From Mobula hypostoma (taxonomy: Eukaryota): a DNA stretch of 64,000 nt. Numbering within the stretch: position 1 is the stretch's first letter; every line of letters begins with the position of its first letter. Location: positions 155,250,001 to 155,314,000 of the forward strand of contig NC_086097.1 of NCBI RefSeq assembly GCF_963921235.1, read 5' to 3'. This document shows positions 62,072 to 64,000 of the stretch, piece by piece. The notes beneath the pieces are model-generated. The model was not told where the DNA came from, did not search any database, and saw nothing but the letters and a program-made list of their open reading frames with translations. Made by a program: the position numbers and the translations under genes.

Positions 62072-64000
62072 ATAGTGAGAGGTACAGAAAGGGGTTTCTG
62101 TGGCAACAGGCGAGATTAAGGGTGGTGTGTTGCCTCCCTGGTGCCGGAATCCAGGATGTCACGGACCCATTGCAGGGAATCCTCGAGAGTGAAGGTGAAC
62201 ATCCGGAAGTGGTGGTGCACGTCAGCACAAATGACATGGGGAAGAAGAGGAAAGACATTCTACAGCGCGACTTCAGAGAACTTGGAAGAAGGCTGAAAAG
62301 CAGGACTTCCAGGGTGGTTATCTCCAGTTTGCTTCCAGTTCCCTGTGCTGGAGTGGTCAAGAACAGGGAGATAATGGATCTGAACGTGTGGCTGAGGAAC
62401 TGGTGCAGGAAGCAAGGATTTACATTCTTGGACCACTGGGGTATGTTTCGGGGTAAGGATGAATTGTACAAAAGGGACGGGTTGCATCTTGATAAGCCGG
62501 GCACCAGCATTCTGGCAGGCAGGTTTGCCTCTGCAACACGGGTGTGTTTAAACTAAGTAGTGGCGGGGGGGGGGGGGGACGAACTGGAAACATAAGGATG
62601 GAGATAAAGGGAAAGTGAGAATAAGAAAAGTTAAGCGTGACAGCAGAATCAACAGAGCAGAAAGCTCAAGAAGGGATCGTACAGTATGGCCAAGTGAAAT
62701 AGGAATTGATGTGGGAGGTGAGGGGAGTAATGAATTAAAAGTATTGTATATGAATGCACGGAGTATAAGAAATAAAGTGGATGAGCTTGAGGCACAGTTG
62801 GAATTTGGTAAGTATGATGTTGTGGGAATATCAGAGACACGGCTTCAAGTGGACAGGGCCTGGGAAATAAATATTCAAGCGTATACGTCCTATTGAAAGG
62901 ACAGAATGATGGGCAGAGGGGGTGGGGTGGCTCTGTTGGTGAGGAATGATATTCAGTCCCTTGCGAGGGGGGACATAGCAAAGACGAGTGGGAAGCCGGA
63001 GGATTGGGAAACCTTTAAAGAGCGACAGAAGGTAACTAAAAAGGCAATATGCGGAGAAACAATGAGGTACGAAGGTAAACTAACCAAGAATATAAAGGAG
63101 GATAGTAAAAGCTTCTTTAGGTATGTGAAAAGGAAAAAAATAGTTAAGACCAAAATTGGGCCCTTGAAGACAGAAGCGGGTGAATTTATTATGGGGAACA
63201 AGGAAATGGCAGACGAGTTGAACAGGTACTTTGGATCTGTATTCACTAGGGAAGACACAATCTCCCAGATGTAATAGTGGCCAAAGGACCTAGGGCAATG
63301 GATGAATTGAAGGAAATTTACATTAGGTAGCAAATGGTGTTGGATAGGCTGTTGGGTCTGAAGGCTGATAAGTCCCCGGGACCTGATGGTCTGCATCCCA
63401 GTGTACTTAAGGAGGTGGCTTTAGAAATCGTGGACACATTGGTAATCATTTTCCAATGTTCTATAGATTCAGGATCAGTTCCTGTGGATTGGAGGGTGGC
63501 TAATGTTGTCCCTCTCTTCAAGAAGGGAGGAAGAGAGAAAACTGGGAATTAAAGACTGGTTAGCCTGACGTCGGTGGTGGGAAAGATGCTGGAGTCAATT
63601 ATAAAAGATGAAATTATGACACATCTGGATAGTAGTAACAGGATTGGTCCGAGTCAGCATGGATTTACGAAGGGGAAATCGTGCTTGACTAATCTTCTGG
63701 AATATTTTGAGGATGTAACTATGAAAATGGACAAGGGAGAGCCAGTGGATGTAGTGTACCTAGACTTTCAGAAAGCTTTTGATAAAGTCCCAGATAGGAG
63801 ATTAGTGGGCAAAATTAGGGCACATGGTATTGGGGGCAGAGTACTGACATGGATTGAAAATTGGCTGGCTGACAGAAAACAAAGAGTAGCGATTAACGGG
63901 TCCCTTTCGGAATGGCAGGCGGTGACCAGTGGGGTACCGCAGGGATCAGTGCTGGGACCTCAGCTGTTTACAATATATATTAATGATTTAGATGAGGGAA
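62072..64000 (+). mobile_element. CR1 LINE (copy B), runs off the window
   Basis: Duplicate of 25090..27016. Confidence 0.93.

Larger units (their letters stand above)
38592..64000 (+). repeat. Segmental duplication, copy B (continues beyond the right window edge)
   Basis: Colinear near-identical match to 1..27016 with scattered substitutions and small indels; lacks the Penelope insertion. Confidence 0.97.

Overview
Repeat-dense eukaryotic DNA. The mix of CR1, L1, Rex1 and I/Nimb LINEs, Penelope, Gypsy and Tc1 elements suggests a cartilaginous fish, probably a ray (inference). The window is dominated by a direct duplication: 1..~27016 recurs at 38592..64000 at high identity, with a 200-N assembly gap (30720..30919) between the copies. 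Each copy carries decayed minus-strand exons of a phospholipase C delta (PLCD1-like) gene: two PH-domain exon remnants, an EF-hand exon remnant, a frameshifted X-Y linker exon and an open Y-box exon. I saw no catalytic X-box or C2 exons. Between the copies lies an intact 620-aa orphan ORF (31593..33455, -) with a signal-anchor-like N-terminus and three in-frame ~136-aa repeats; its splice phases could link it to the PLCD relics. A young Penelope element with a 13-bp TSD and a minimal hammerhead ribozyme is present in copy A only. An older inverted duplication is nested in the unit. Transposon boundaries are approximate. All protein-family calls rest on recalled motifs, not database searches.
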